Assembly (NCBI GenBank): GCA_963745025.1
Contig: CAVUWD010000010.1
Span: 192,001-256,000, forward strand
Length of the DNA stretch: 64,000 nt
DNA from: an uncultured delta proteobacterium
GTDB taxonomy: Bacteria > Desulfobacterota > Binatia > JACPRU01
Reading direction: 5' to 3'
Below the pieces are notes generated by a model. That model was not told the DNA's origin. It worked only from the letters and a program-made list of their open reading frames with translations, and ran no database searches. The stretch's first letter is position 1, and every line of letters begins with the position of its first letter. Below, piece by piece: positions 44,919-53,730 of this stretch. The position numbers were made by a program, and so were the translations under genes.

Positions 44919-46531
44919 TCATTCGAGGGCGGGTGGCGCTTGCGGCTTCGGCTCCTCCACCTCGGTGAGCGTGGCCTCGCTGAGGAGCAGCACGCTGGCG
45001 ACCGAGACCGCGTTCTCCAGCGCGATTCGCACGACCTTCGTCGGATCGATGATACCGGCCTCGACGAGGTCAACGTAGGTGTTGCGTGCGGCATCGTAGC
45101 CGAAGTTTCCCTTGCCTCCGCGCATGCGATCGACGACCACCCCACCGTCTACCCCGGAGTTCTCCGCGATCTGCCGTGTCGGAGCTTCGAGGGCATGCTT
45201 GAGGATCCGAAGGCCGGTCCGCTCGTCGCCTTCGCTCTTCGCTTCCTCGCGCTCGACGGCATCGATCGCGCGCAAGAGCGCCAGCCCTCCGCCGGGCACG
45301 ATTCCTTCCGCCATCGCCGCCTTCGTCGAGCTGATCGCGTCGTCGAAGGCCTCCTTGCGGCTCTTCATCTCCGCCTCGGACGGCGCGCCGACGCGGATCA
45401 CGGCCACGCCGCCGGCGAGCTTGGCGAGCCGCTCCTGGAGCTTCTCGCGATCGTAGTCGGACGTGGTCTCCTCGATCTGCCTGCGGATCTGCTTCACGCG
45501 GCCCTCGATGTCGGCTTCCTGCCCCCGCCGCCGATGATCGTCGTGTTGTCTTTGTCGATCACCACTCGCTTCGCTCGCCCGAGGTCCGAGAGGCTGACGT
45601 TCTCGAGCTTGATGCCGAGCTCTTCGGCGACGACGTGGCCGCCGGTGAGGATCGCGATGTCCTCGAGCATCGCCTTGCGCCGATCGCCGAAGCCCGGAGC
45701 CTTGACGGCCGCGCAGGGGAGCGTGCCGCGGATCTTGTTCACGACCAGGGTGGCGAGCGCTTCGCCCTCGACGTCCTCGGCGATGATCAGGAGCGGCCGT
45801 GCCGCCTTCAGCACCTGCTCCAGCATCGGCACCAGGTCCTTGAGGCCCGATAGCTTCTTCTCGTACAGCAGGATCAGCACGTCCTCGAGCATCGTCTCCA
45901 TGCGGTCCGGATCGGTGACGAAGTAAGGCGACAGATAGCCGCGGTCGAACTGCATCCCCTCGACGACCTCGAGCGCCGTCTCGGTCGTCTTCGCCTCCTC
46001 GACGGTGATCACGCCTTCGGCGCCGACCTTCTCGACCGCGTCGGCGACGAGCTCGCCGATCGTCGGATCGTTGTGCGCCGAGATCGTGGCGACTTGCGCT
46101 CGCTCCTTGCGACTCTGGACGGGACGCGACAGGCCGCGCAGCGCTTCGACGGCAGTCCGCAGGCCGCGATCGAGACCGCGCTTCAGGTCGACCGCGCTGG
46201 CCCCCGCGGCCACGTTGCGTACGCCTTCGGCGAAGATCGTGTGGGCGAGAATCGTCGCCGTGCTGGTGCCGTCGCCGACCGCGTCGCCGGTTCGGTCGGC
46301 GGCGCCGCGGATCATCCGTGCCCCGAGGTTCTCTTCGGGATCCTTGAGGTCGATCTCCTTGGCGATCGTGACGCCGTCGTTGCACACGAGCGGCTCTCCC
46401 CACTTCTTCTCGATCAGCACGGATTTCGATTTCGGGCCGAGCGTGACGCGTACGGCGTCGGTGAGCATGCTGGAGCCGCGAAGGATCTTCTCGCGAGCTT
46501 CCGAACGGAAGGTGAGTCGTTTGTACGGCAA
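44919..46531 (-). CDS. groL: Chaperonin GroEL, copy 2; frameshift at ~45517
   Basis: The N-part (45494-46531 ORF) and C-part (end of the 44919 ORF) are colinear with copy 1; one base is missing at GRK-ADIE. TTG start with AGGAGG RBS. Confidence 0.92.
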
Positions 46532-46546
46532 GGCTTTCCTCCTAGG

Positions 46547-46790
46547 TCACTGGTCGATGAGAGAAACGCGCGGCAGCAGCGTGCGCTCGATGATCTCGGG
46601 CCACGCGTACTGCTCGGCCGTAAGGCGCGCCGAGCTCCGCAGCGCGGCGTTGGCGGCCGGGTCGGCGCAGACCCTCTTGAAGGAGCCCGATGAATTCCTT
46701 CGGGCTCGTGGTCTGCATCACGAGCGCGTTGCGTCCCGGCACCGCGTAGTCTTCGCCGAGGGAGTATCCGGTGAGAGCGAGCCCGATCCC
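46547..46790 (-). pseudogene. C-terminal remnant of a GT4-type glycosyltransferase
   Basis: Manual translation with one frameshift: GEDYAVPGRNALVMQT...LRSSARLTAEQYAWPEIIERTLLPR-stop; no start or N-terminal part. Confidence 0.55.
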
Positions 46791-46808
46791 CTCGGGCGAC
46801 TGGTCCGA

Positions 46809-47285
46809 CTACTTCTTCGCCTCGATTTGGACAGAAATCTTCTTCGGCTCTAGCTCCTTGGGCATCGGCAGGGTGATCTCGAGGACGCCCTTGTCGTAGC
46901 TGGCCTTGATCTTCTCGGCATCGACCTTGCCCGGAAGCCTCAGGCTCCGCTCCAGGCTTCCGTAGGAGATCTCTCGGCGCGTGTACTCGCCCTCCTTTGT
47001 CTCCTCCTTGTGCTTGCGCTCGGCCTTCACCGTCAGCACGTCGCCGGTCACGCTGATGTCGACTTCCTTCGGATCGACTCCCGGCAAGTCCAGGCGCACC
47101 ACGAGATCGCCGTTCTTCGCGAAGCTCTCCATGGCGGGATGCCTCGCGAACGCCGTGCCCTCGAAGCGGGCACCGGCCGTGAAGCGTGAGAAGAGATCAT
47201 CGATGCTGCGATGCCACTCCTCAAGCTCCCGAAACGGTTCCCATTCGCTCTCCTCACGACGTCTCCAGGGGATCAGTGAACGCAT
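46809..47285 (-). CDS. Hsp20/alpha-crystallin protein, paralog of 6746-7216
   Basis: Same MRSLIPWRR start, YGSLERSLRLP and ASYDKGVLEI. Confidence 0.95.
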   Translation of the reverse strand: MRSLIPWRRREESEWEPFRELEEWHRSIDDLFSRFTAGARFEGTAFARHPAMESFAKNGDLVVRLDLPGVDPKEVDISVTGDVLTVKAERKHKEETKEGEYTRREISYGSLERSLRLPGKVDAEKIKASYDKGVLEITLPMPKELEPKKISVQIEAKK

Positions 47286-47321
47286 TTTGCGCCTCCTTGA
47301 TCGTTGATGCCGAAGTTATGA

Positions 47322-47337
47322 TGCAAAGCACGCACCA
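47322..47337 (-). promoter_or_regulatory. Sigma-54 promoter of hsp20-groEL2
   Basis: TGGTGCGTGCTTTGCA (GG-N10-GC). Confidence 0.7.
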
Positions 47338-47395
47338 CTTGCAGTTACACGCCGGGAGCGGTCCCACTGCGGCTGCTTTGCCAAGAGCAAGAATA

Positions 47396-48484
47396 TCAGC
47401 GGCGCGAATTCCCAGAGATTGGAAGATGCTCGAGCTTCGGGGGCGGCCGAAGTCCGGCGGCGATTCGCAAGCCGACGGAAGACAGGGGAATCCCGTCGAG
47501 CTCCCTGTGGCGGAACCATCGCGCTCCCGGCCGGCGCTCGCGCACGCGGCGTTCGAGGCGGGCGTGGAAAACGAACGTTTCGATCCGCCGGTTGGTGATC
47601 GTGTGGAGGATCCGAACGCCTTCACGCAGCGCCCGGCAGCGGATGCCGAGCCGCGCGAGCTCTCGTTGCGCCGCGGCTTCGAGCGCCTCACCGCGTCTCG
47701 GCTCGGCGGTCGGGAACTCCCAGAGCCCACGAAGCAGGGGCCCGCGATCGTGACGGGTCATCAACACCCGACCGTCGCCTTCGAGCACCAGGCAGGCCCG
47801 CCGGACGCGCCGCGGCGAACGCCGAGACGGCGGATCGGGAAGGCGCTCGACCCAGCCCGTGTGGTAGGCGGCGCAGCTCGGGCGCAGCGGACACCGCGGG
47901 CAAGCCGGCGCTCGCGGCGTACAGAGCCTGGCGCCGAGCTCCATCAGCGCCTGGTTCCAGTCTCCCGGAGAGGATCGATCGACGAGATCCTCGGCGATCC
48001 GCCAGAGCCTGGCGGCCACCGCTGGTCGGCGAATGGGTCCGCGGACCTTGAAGTGGCGCGCGAAGACTCTCGCGACGTTGCCATCGAGGACGGGCGTGGG
48101 GATGCCGAAGGCGATGCTGGCGACGGCGCCCGCCGTGTAGCGGCCGATGCCCGGCAATGAGCGCAGCGCTCGCGGATCGCCCGGTAGCTCTCCCCCGTGC
48201 CGCGCGACGATTTGTCGTGCGGCAAGACGCAGGTGGCGGGCGCGAGCGTAGTAGCCGAGGCCCGACCACGCCGCGAGCACGGCGCTCTCCGGCGCCTGCG
48301 CGAGCGTCGACACGTTCGGAAAGCGGCGGAGGAAGCGCGGGTAGTAGCGCAGAACGGTCTCGGAGCGTGTCTGCTGCAGCATGGTCTCGGCGACCCAGAT
48401 CGCGTACGGGTCACGGGTTTGCCGCCACGGAAGCTCGCGGCGGTGCCGCCGGTACCAGCGAAGCAGCGAGGCGCGGGTGTTCAC
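47396..48484 (-). CDS. mutY: A/G-specific adenine glycosylase
   Basis: ETMLQQT, GLGYYARA, LPGIGRYTAGA, DGNVARV, FCL CxxxxxxCxxCxxxxxC, GLWEFP NUDIX-like tail. Confidence 0.93.
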   Translation of the reverse strand: MNTRASLLRWYRRHRRELPWRQTRDPYAIWVAETMLQQTRSETVLRYYPRFLRRFPNVSTLAQAPESAVLAAWSGLGYYARARHLRLAARQIVARHGGELPGDPRALRSLPGIGRYTAGAVASIAFGIPTPVLDGNVARVFARHFKVRGPIRRPAVAARLWRIAEDLVDRSSPGDWNQALMELGARLCTPRAPACPRCPLRPSCAAYHTGWVERLPDPPSRRSPRRVRRACLVLEGDGRVLMTRHDRGPLLRGLWEFPTAEPRRGEALEAAAQRELARLGIRCRALREGVRILHTITNRRIETFVFHARLERRVRERRPGARWFRHRELDGIPLSSVGLRIAAGLRPPPKLEHLPISGNSRR

Positions 48485-48668
48485 GCCGGGGCGATCACCA
48501 GCACGCGTGGCTCCGTCGTGGATTCCATGGCGGAGCGCACGCCTTCGCGCCCGAAGCCCGAGTCCTTGCCGTGTCATGGCTTGGATTCGCGCTTCATGCC
48601 TCTCGAGCATGGCACCGCTCGTGTGCTCGAGAAAGAGGCGCAGCGGTGAAGCGAAATCGATCGAAGGC

Positions 48669-48807
48669 TCGGAACGCGTCGAGTCCGCGCCTGGCGTAGC
48701 CGCGTCGCGAGCGCCAAGTTCTTCGCGATACCGTCTTTGGACGCATTGACGGGCCCGTGAAGGAAGCTCGTGGCGGCCTAGTCAGGTGCGGACTCGACGC
48801 GTTCCGA
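48669..48807. repeat. 25-bp inverted repeat (24/25 identical) with an 89-bp spacer
   Basis: TCGGAACGCGTCGAGTCCGCGCCTG at 48669-48693 versus its reverse complement at 48783-48807. Confidence 0.8.
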
Positions 48808-50973
48808 TGCGCGAACATGCGTCGCTTCGAGCGCCGCCTGTTCGCCGAGCTCTGCCGACGCTCGCATCGCCGGAAGGTAGAGCTGCTCGACGTATTCCTT
48901 GACCATGCGACGTGCCGAGAATCTCGTGGCTGCCGACCGCATGGCCTCCTTCATCAGCTCGACCCAGCCGCGCGGTACGTTGTCCGAGTCGCGAGCGTAG
49001 TAGAGTGGGATGACTTCTTCGGAAAGCACACGGTAGAGATCTTGCGCGTCGAGCGCGTCGTCGCTCTCCATCGTCTGCTCACGCTTCCGTCCGAACGCCC
49101 AGCCGTTGCCGCCGCGGTAACCCTCGTACCACCAACCGTCGAGCACGGAGAGATGCGGTGCGCCGTTCAGCCCCGCCTTCTGTCCGCTCGTTCCGCATGC
49201 TTCCATCGGTGGGCGCGGCGTGTTCAGCCACAGGTCCACTCCCGAGACCATGAATTTGGAGACGTGCAAGTCATAGTCGTCGACGAAGGCGATGCGTGCC
49301 CCGAGCCTTCGGTCGAGCGCCTTCTCGTACACCTCGCGGATGAGATGCTTGCCCGGGTCATCCGCGGGGTGGGCCTTGCCGGCGAAGACGATCTGCAGCG
49401 GGCGCCAGGGGTCCTCGAGCATGCGGAAGAGCCGCTCGATGTCGTGGAAGATCAGCGTGGCCCGCTTGTACGTCGCAAAGCGTCGCGCGAAGCCGATGGT
49501 GAGCGCCTCGGGGTCGAGCAGCGTGCCCGCTGCGAGAAGCTGCGCCGCTTCGGTGAGCCCGCGCATCCAGCGAAGGCGGGCGCGCTCGCGAATGAGCCCG
49601 ACGAAGCCGCGCTTCAGCTGGAGATGGACGCGCCAGAGCTCGTCGTCGCGAACGCTCACCAGATCTTCCCAGAGCGCCGGCTCGTCGTGGCGTGTGAGCC
49701 AGTCGGGGCCGAGCGTTCGGGAGAGCAGCGCCGACAGACGCGGCGCCACCCACGTCGGGACGTGGACGCCGTTGGTCACCGAGGTGATCGGCACTTGATC
49801 CTCGTTGCGGTCGGGAAACACGCCGCGCCACATCCGCCGAGAGACTTTGCCGTGTAGCTCGCTCACCGCGTTGCACCGTCCCGACGCCCGCAGCGAGAAC
49901 ACGGTCATGTTGAAGCTCTTGCCCCAGCTCTCCTGATGCTCGCCGAGCGCGAAGCAGCGGTCCTTCAGCGGCTCGAGACCATCCCAGTAGCCACGGAACG
50001 AATCCTCGAGGAGCGAGAAGGGAAAGGCGTCGTGTCCCGCCGGCACGGGGGTATGCGTCGTGAAGACCGTGGCGGCGCGAACACGCTCGAGCGCCGCTTC
50101 GAAGGGGACCCCGGCGGCGAGCTGCTCGCGAAGCCGCTCGAGCATCATGAAGGCCACGTGGCCTTCGTTGGCATGCCAGACGGTGGGCTCGATCGAGAGA
50201 GCCCGGAGCAGCCGCACGCCGCCGATCCCGAGTAGGATCTCCTGCGCGATCCGCGTGCGCTGGTCGCCGCCATACAGCCGAGCGGGAATGTCGCGATCCC
50301 AGGAATCGTTGGCCTCGAGATCGGTGTCGAGGAGGAGGAGGCGGCCTCGGCCGAGATGCACTTCATAGGCCGCGACCGTCACCGAGCGTGCCGCGAACGC
50401 GACCGAGACCTGCACGCGCTCGCCCGCAGCGGTCGTGATGGGGCGGATCGGTGCGTGACCCCAATTGATGACTTCGATCGCCTGCTCCTGCCATCCCGAG
50501 CTCGAGATCCGCTGATGGAAATAGCCGCGCGGGTACATGAACCCCACCCCGACGATGGACACGCCGAGGTCACTTGCTTCCTTGCAGTGGTCGCCGGCGA
50601 GCACGCCGAGACCGCCGCTGTAAATCGGCAGCGAGTTGTGCAGACCGAACTCCGCCGAGAAATAGGCGATGCGCTTCGGCGCGAGCTCCGGGCGCTCGAG
50701 GGCCGCCCAAGACCCCTCCCCGGCGAGCATCTCGTCGAAGGCGAGCAGCACGGCGTCGAAACGCCTCACGAACGCCGGATCCGCCGCCGCCTTGACGAGA
50801 CGCTCTTCGGGGACTTCGTGCAGTAGCTTGACGGGATTGTGCTCGGTATCGTTCCAGAGGGTCGCATCGATGGCCTCGAAGAGCGCCCTCGTCTCCTCGT
50901 TCCAACTCCACCAGAGGTTGTAGGCGAGCTCTTCGATGCGCGCGATGCGGGGCGGGATGCGGCGTTTCAGCAT
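48778..50973 (-). CDS. glgP: Alpha-glucan phosphorylase
   Basis: AYFSAEFG, YSGGLG, NEGH, FARRFATYKR, PLP site EACGTSGQK. Confidence 0.95.
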   Translation of the reverse strand: MLKRRIPPRIARIEELAYNLWWSWNEETRALFEAIDATLWNDTEHNPVKLLHEVPEERLVKAAADPAFVRRFDAVLLAFDEMLAGEGSWAALERPELAPKRIAYFSAEFGLHNSLPIYSGGLGVLAGDHCKEASDLGVSIVGVGFMYPRGYFHQRISSSGWQEQAIEVINWGHAPIRPITTAAGERVQVSVAFAARSVTVAAYEVHLGRGRLLLLDTDLEANDSWDRDIPARLYGGDQRTRIAQEILLGIGGVRLLRALSIEPTVWHANEGHVAFMMLERLREQLAAGVPFEAALERVRAATVFTTHTPVPAGHDAFPFSLLEDSFRGYWDGLEPLKDRCFALGEHQESWGKSFNMTVFSLRASGRCNAVSELHGKVSRRMWRGVFPDRNEDQVPITSVTNGVHVPTWVAPRLSALLSRTLGPDWLTRHDEPALWEDLVSVRDDELWRVHLQLKRGFVGLIRERARLRWMRGLTEAAQLLAAGTLLDPEALTIGFARRFATYKRATLIFHDIERLFRMLEDPWRPLQIVFAGKAHPADDPGKHLIREVYEKALDRRLGARIAFVDDYDLHVSKFMVSGVDLWLNTPRPPMEACGTSGQKAGLNGAPHLSVLDGWWYEGYRGGNGWAFGRKREQTMESDDALDAQDLYRVLSEEVIPLYYARDSDNVPRGWVELMKEAMRSAATRFSARRMVKEYVEQLYLPAMRASAELGEQAALEATHVRASERVESAPD

Positions 50974-51120
50974 CGATTCGGCGATCGGCTCTCAGCTATG
51001 GCAATCGGCAACGACGGGGTCGGGCGGCTCCGAACGGACGAGACTCGCGAGCTCGGTGACGAAGTCGGCGCTCGCCGGGGTGCGTCGTGAGATGGCACCG
51101 GGCCCCGTTAGCATCGCCGC

Positions 51121-51177
51121 CGGCTACCGGCAACCGGCCACCGGCAAAGACTCCGCTGTCTTCCATAGCCGGTTGCC
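51121..51177. repeat. Intergenic heptamer tandem repeats plus a 10-bp hairpin (possible terminator/REP-like element)
   Basis: CGGCTAC-CGGCAAC-CGGCCAC-CGGCAAA; GGCAACCGGC pairs with GCCGGTTGCC just downstream of the hemW stop. Confidence 0.5.
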
Positions 51178-51180
51178 GCC

Positions 51181-52335
51181 CTACACGAAGGTCGCGAACA
51201 CCGAGTCGGCGAGCAGAAGCCCGCGCGGGGAGAGCGCCAAACGTCGGTCGGCATGCCGCTCGAGGAGCCCATCGCCGAGCAATTGCTCCACCTCGGGGAA
51301 CGTCTCCTCGAGCGGCGATCCGAACCGGGCACGAAACGCTTCCTCGCCAACTCCTTCGCTCGTACGCAGGTGGAGGAACACGAACTCGCCGGCCGTCTTC
51401 CTCGGCCCGAGCGTCTCTTGGCGGACGACGGCTCCGCCGCCTCGGAGCGCGCGACTCGCGTAGAGGGCCGGGTCCTTTTCGTTCGACCAGCGACGCGCGC
51501 AGCTCCCGCGCGGCTCGTGGGAATGCGCCCCCGCGCCGATTCCCAGGTAGGGTCCGGCGTGCCAGTAGTTCCGGTTGTGCCGCGCTTCGAAGCCGGGCCG
51601 GGCGAAGTTCGAGACTTCGTACGCCCGGTAACCGGCGTTCCCCAGGCGACTGCGCGCTTCCTCGAACATCGCGGCTTCGATCTCGTCTTCGAGCGGGTCG
51701 AGCCTTCCCGCGCGCTTCAGGTCGAAGAACGGTGTTCCTTCCTCGTAGGTCAAGTTGTACGCGGAGATGTGCTCGGGGGCGTGCGAGATCGCGGTGTCGA
51801 GGTCGGTGCGCCAGTCGGCGACACTTTGCCCCGGCACGGCGAACATCAGGTCGAGACTGACGTTGGCGAAACCGGCCTCGCGCGCCATCGCCACGGCCAG
51901 GCGTGTCTCGGCCGCGGTCTGCAAGCGGCCGAGTCGCTTCAGGACGTGAGGGTGAAACGACTCGATGCCGAAGGAGAGCCGATTCACGCCCGCCCGGCGG
52001 TAGCCGGCGAGCTTCGCGACCCCGACGGACTCGGGGGTCGCTTCGAGCGATATTTCGACCGTCGTCTCGACGGCAAACGCGCGGCGCGCTTGGTCGAGCA
52101 AGCGGGCGATCGATTCGGCGGCGAACAACGAGGGCGTGCCGCCGCCGAGAAAGATCGTCGCCAGTCGCTTGCCGCCGAACGGCGGAGCGCTCGCGTGTAG
52201 CAGGAGCTCGGCGATCAGCGCGTCGACGTAGCGCGCCTCGGGCCAGGTGGCCGCCGCCTCGACGTTGAAGTCGCAGTACGGGCACTTCGTCCGGCAGTAG
52301 GGGATGTGTACGTAGAGGCCGAAGGTCTCAAACAC
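51181..52335 (-). CDS. hemW: Radical SAM heme chaperone HemW
   Basis: YVHIPYCRTKCPYCDF, GGGTPS, YEVSNF, HNRNYW. Confidence 0.9.
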   Translation of the reverse strand: MFETFGLYVHIPYCRTKCPYCDFNVEAAATWPEARYVDALIAELLLHASAPPFGGKRLATIFLGGGTPSLFAAESIARLLDQARRAFAVETTVEISLEATPESVGVAKLAGYRRAGVNRLSFGIESFHPHVLKRLGRLQTAAETRLAVAMAREAGFANVSLDLMFAVPGQSVADWRTDLDTAISHAPEHISAYNLTYEEGTPFFDLKRAGRLDPLEDEIEAAMFEEARSRLGNAGYRAYEVSNFARPGFEARHNRNYWHAGPYLGIGAGAHSHEPRGSCARRWSNEKDPALYASRALRGGGAVVRQETLGPRKTAGEFVFLHLRTSEGVGEEAFRARFGSPLEETFPEVEQLLGDGLLERHADRRLALSPRGLLLADSVFATFV

Positions 52336-52978
52336 CGAGGCCTGACGCTCCGACGAGGATGCGCTCGATCTCGCGCACGTTGACGATCACGTGATCGATC
52401 GTCTCGTCCGCGCGATCGCTCGTTGCTTCCGCGACCCAGATCGTACGCATGCCGAGTCGCTTCGCCGCCGCGAGATTCGCGCGCAGGTCGTCGATCAAAG
52501 AGCAACGCTCGGCCGGTGCTCCGAGGCGCTCGAGCGCCGATCGGAACGCGCCCGGGCTCGGCTTCGGCACGTAGCCGAGGTCTTCGAGCCCGATCACGCT
52601 CTCGAATGGCTTCTCGAGGCGGAGCAGGGCGAGCACACGCTCTGCATGCGCCCGCGACGCATTGCTGAACACCACCTTTCGGCCTGGCAGCCGTTCGAGC
52701 AAGGCCCCGAGCGTCGGGTCGGGCTCGAGGAGATCGGCGAGCTCGATGTCGTGCACGTATTCCAAGTAATCGTCGGCGTCGACGGAGTATTGGGCCGTGA
52801 GACCGCGGAGCGTCGTGCCGTGCTCGGCCCAGAAGCGCCGCCGCACGCCGTCGACCTCGGAAGCGGGGATTCCGATCCGCGCGTGAAGATAATCGTTGAT
52901 GCGCTGGTCGATGCGCGCGACCACGCCGAGGCTCTGCGGGTAGAGCGTATTGTCCAGGTCGAAGAGAAGAACGGGCAC
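52328..52978 (-). CDS. HAD-superfamily pyrimidine 5'-nucleotidase-like hydrolase
   Basis: FDLDNTLY, GTTLRGL, FSNA, PKP, IDD...NL; alternative start at 53005. Confidence 0.85.
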   Translation of the reverse strand: MPVLLFDLDNTLYPQSLGVVARIDQRINDYLHARIGIPASEVDGVRRRFWAEHGTTLRGLTAQYSVDADDYLEYVHDIELADLLEPDPTLGALLERLPGRKVVFSNASRAHAERVLALLRLEKPFESVIGLEDLGYVPKPSPGAFRSALERLGAPAERCSLIDDLRANLAAAKRLGMRTIWVAEATSDRADETIDHVIVNVREIERILVGASGLGV

Positions 52979-53030
52979 CGGGCGATCGTAGCAGAGGCTC
53001 CGCATGCGATCGACCGGCGGCTCGACGGGT

Positions 53031-53639
53031 TCAGCGATACTTCCGCAGGATCGCGACGACGCGTCCGCGGCTCGTGAAGTCCTTCTCCTTGACGAAGATC
53101 GGCTGTATTCGCTCGTTGGCGGGCTGCAGTCGGATCCTTCCACCCTTCTCGCGAAAGAATCGCTTCACCGTTGCGTCACCGTTCACCATCGCAACGATCG
53201 TATCTCCATTCTCGGGAACGGAACGCTCCTCGACCACGATGAAGTCGCCGTCGAGAATGCCATCCTCGATCATCGAGTCGCCTTTGACGCGGAGCACGTA
53301 GCTGTTGTCGCGTCGCACCAGCTCTTCGGGCACGGCGATCGATCCCGGTGTCTCGATGGCCTCGATCGGCGCGCCGGCGGCGACTTGTCCGAGCAGCGGC
53401 AGCTCCACGGCGGCGACCTTGCGCTTTTGCGGGACGAGCTCGAGCGCGCGGCTGTGGTTCCACTTACGCCGGACGATGCCCTTGGCCGCGAGGTTCGTGA
53501 GGTGCTTGTGAACGGTAGCGGGTGACGAGAGGCTGAACTTCGCACCGATCTCTTCGAGCGTCGGCGCGTAGCCGTGCTCGCCGATGTAGTCGTCGAGGTA
53601 GTCGACGATCTCCTTTTGACGCTTGGTGAGCGTAGCCAC
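53031..53639 (-). CDS. lexA: SOS repressor LexA
   Basis: wHTH LTKRQ...PTLEEI; cleavage site VAAG; GDSM Ser; TVKRF Lys. Confidence 0.95.
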   Translation of the reverse strand: MATLTKRQKEIVDYLDDYIGEHGYAPTLEEIGAKFSLSSPATVHKHLTNLAAKGIVRRKWNHSRALELVPQKRKVAAVELPLLGQVAAGAPIEAIETPGSIAVPEELVRRDNSYVLRVKGDSMIEDGILDGDFIVVEERSVPENGDTIVAMVNGDATVKRFFREKGGRIRLQPANERIQPIFVKEKDFTSRGRVVAILRKYR

Positions 53640-53648
53640 TGATTCGAG

Positions 53649-53677
53649 AGCCTAGGCGAAAATAAGGCGAAGTGCAA
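53649..53677 (-). promoter_or_regulatory. lexA sigma-70 promoter with an 11-bp-period direct repeat (candidate SOS box)
   Basis: TTGCAC-N17-TAGGCT; contains TTCGCCT-N4-TTCGCCT (AGGCGAA at 53654-60 and 53665-71). Confidence 0.65.
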
Positions 53678-53730
53678 GCGATCGACGCAACGCGGGCGAG
53701 CGCGCCATCCCACGTCGTCGTCGTGTCCGG

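Noticed and set aside
46542-46742. 66-aa ORF as a GroES substitute
   Set aside because: No GroES features; better explained as part of a frameshifted glycosyltransferase remnant.
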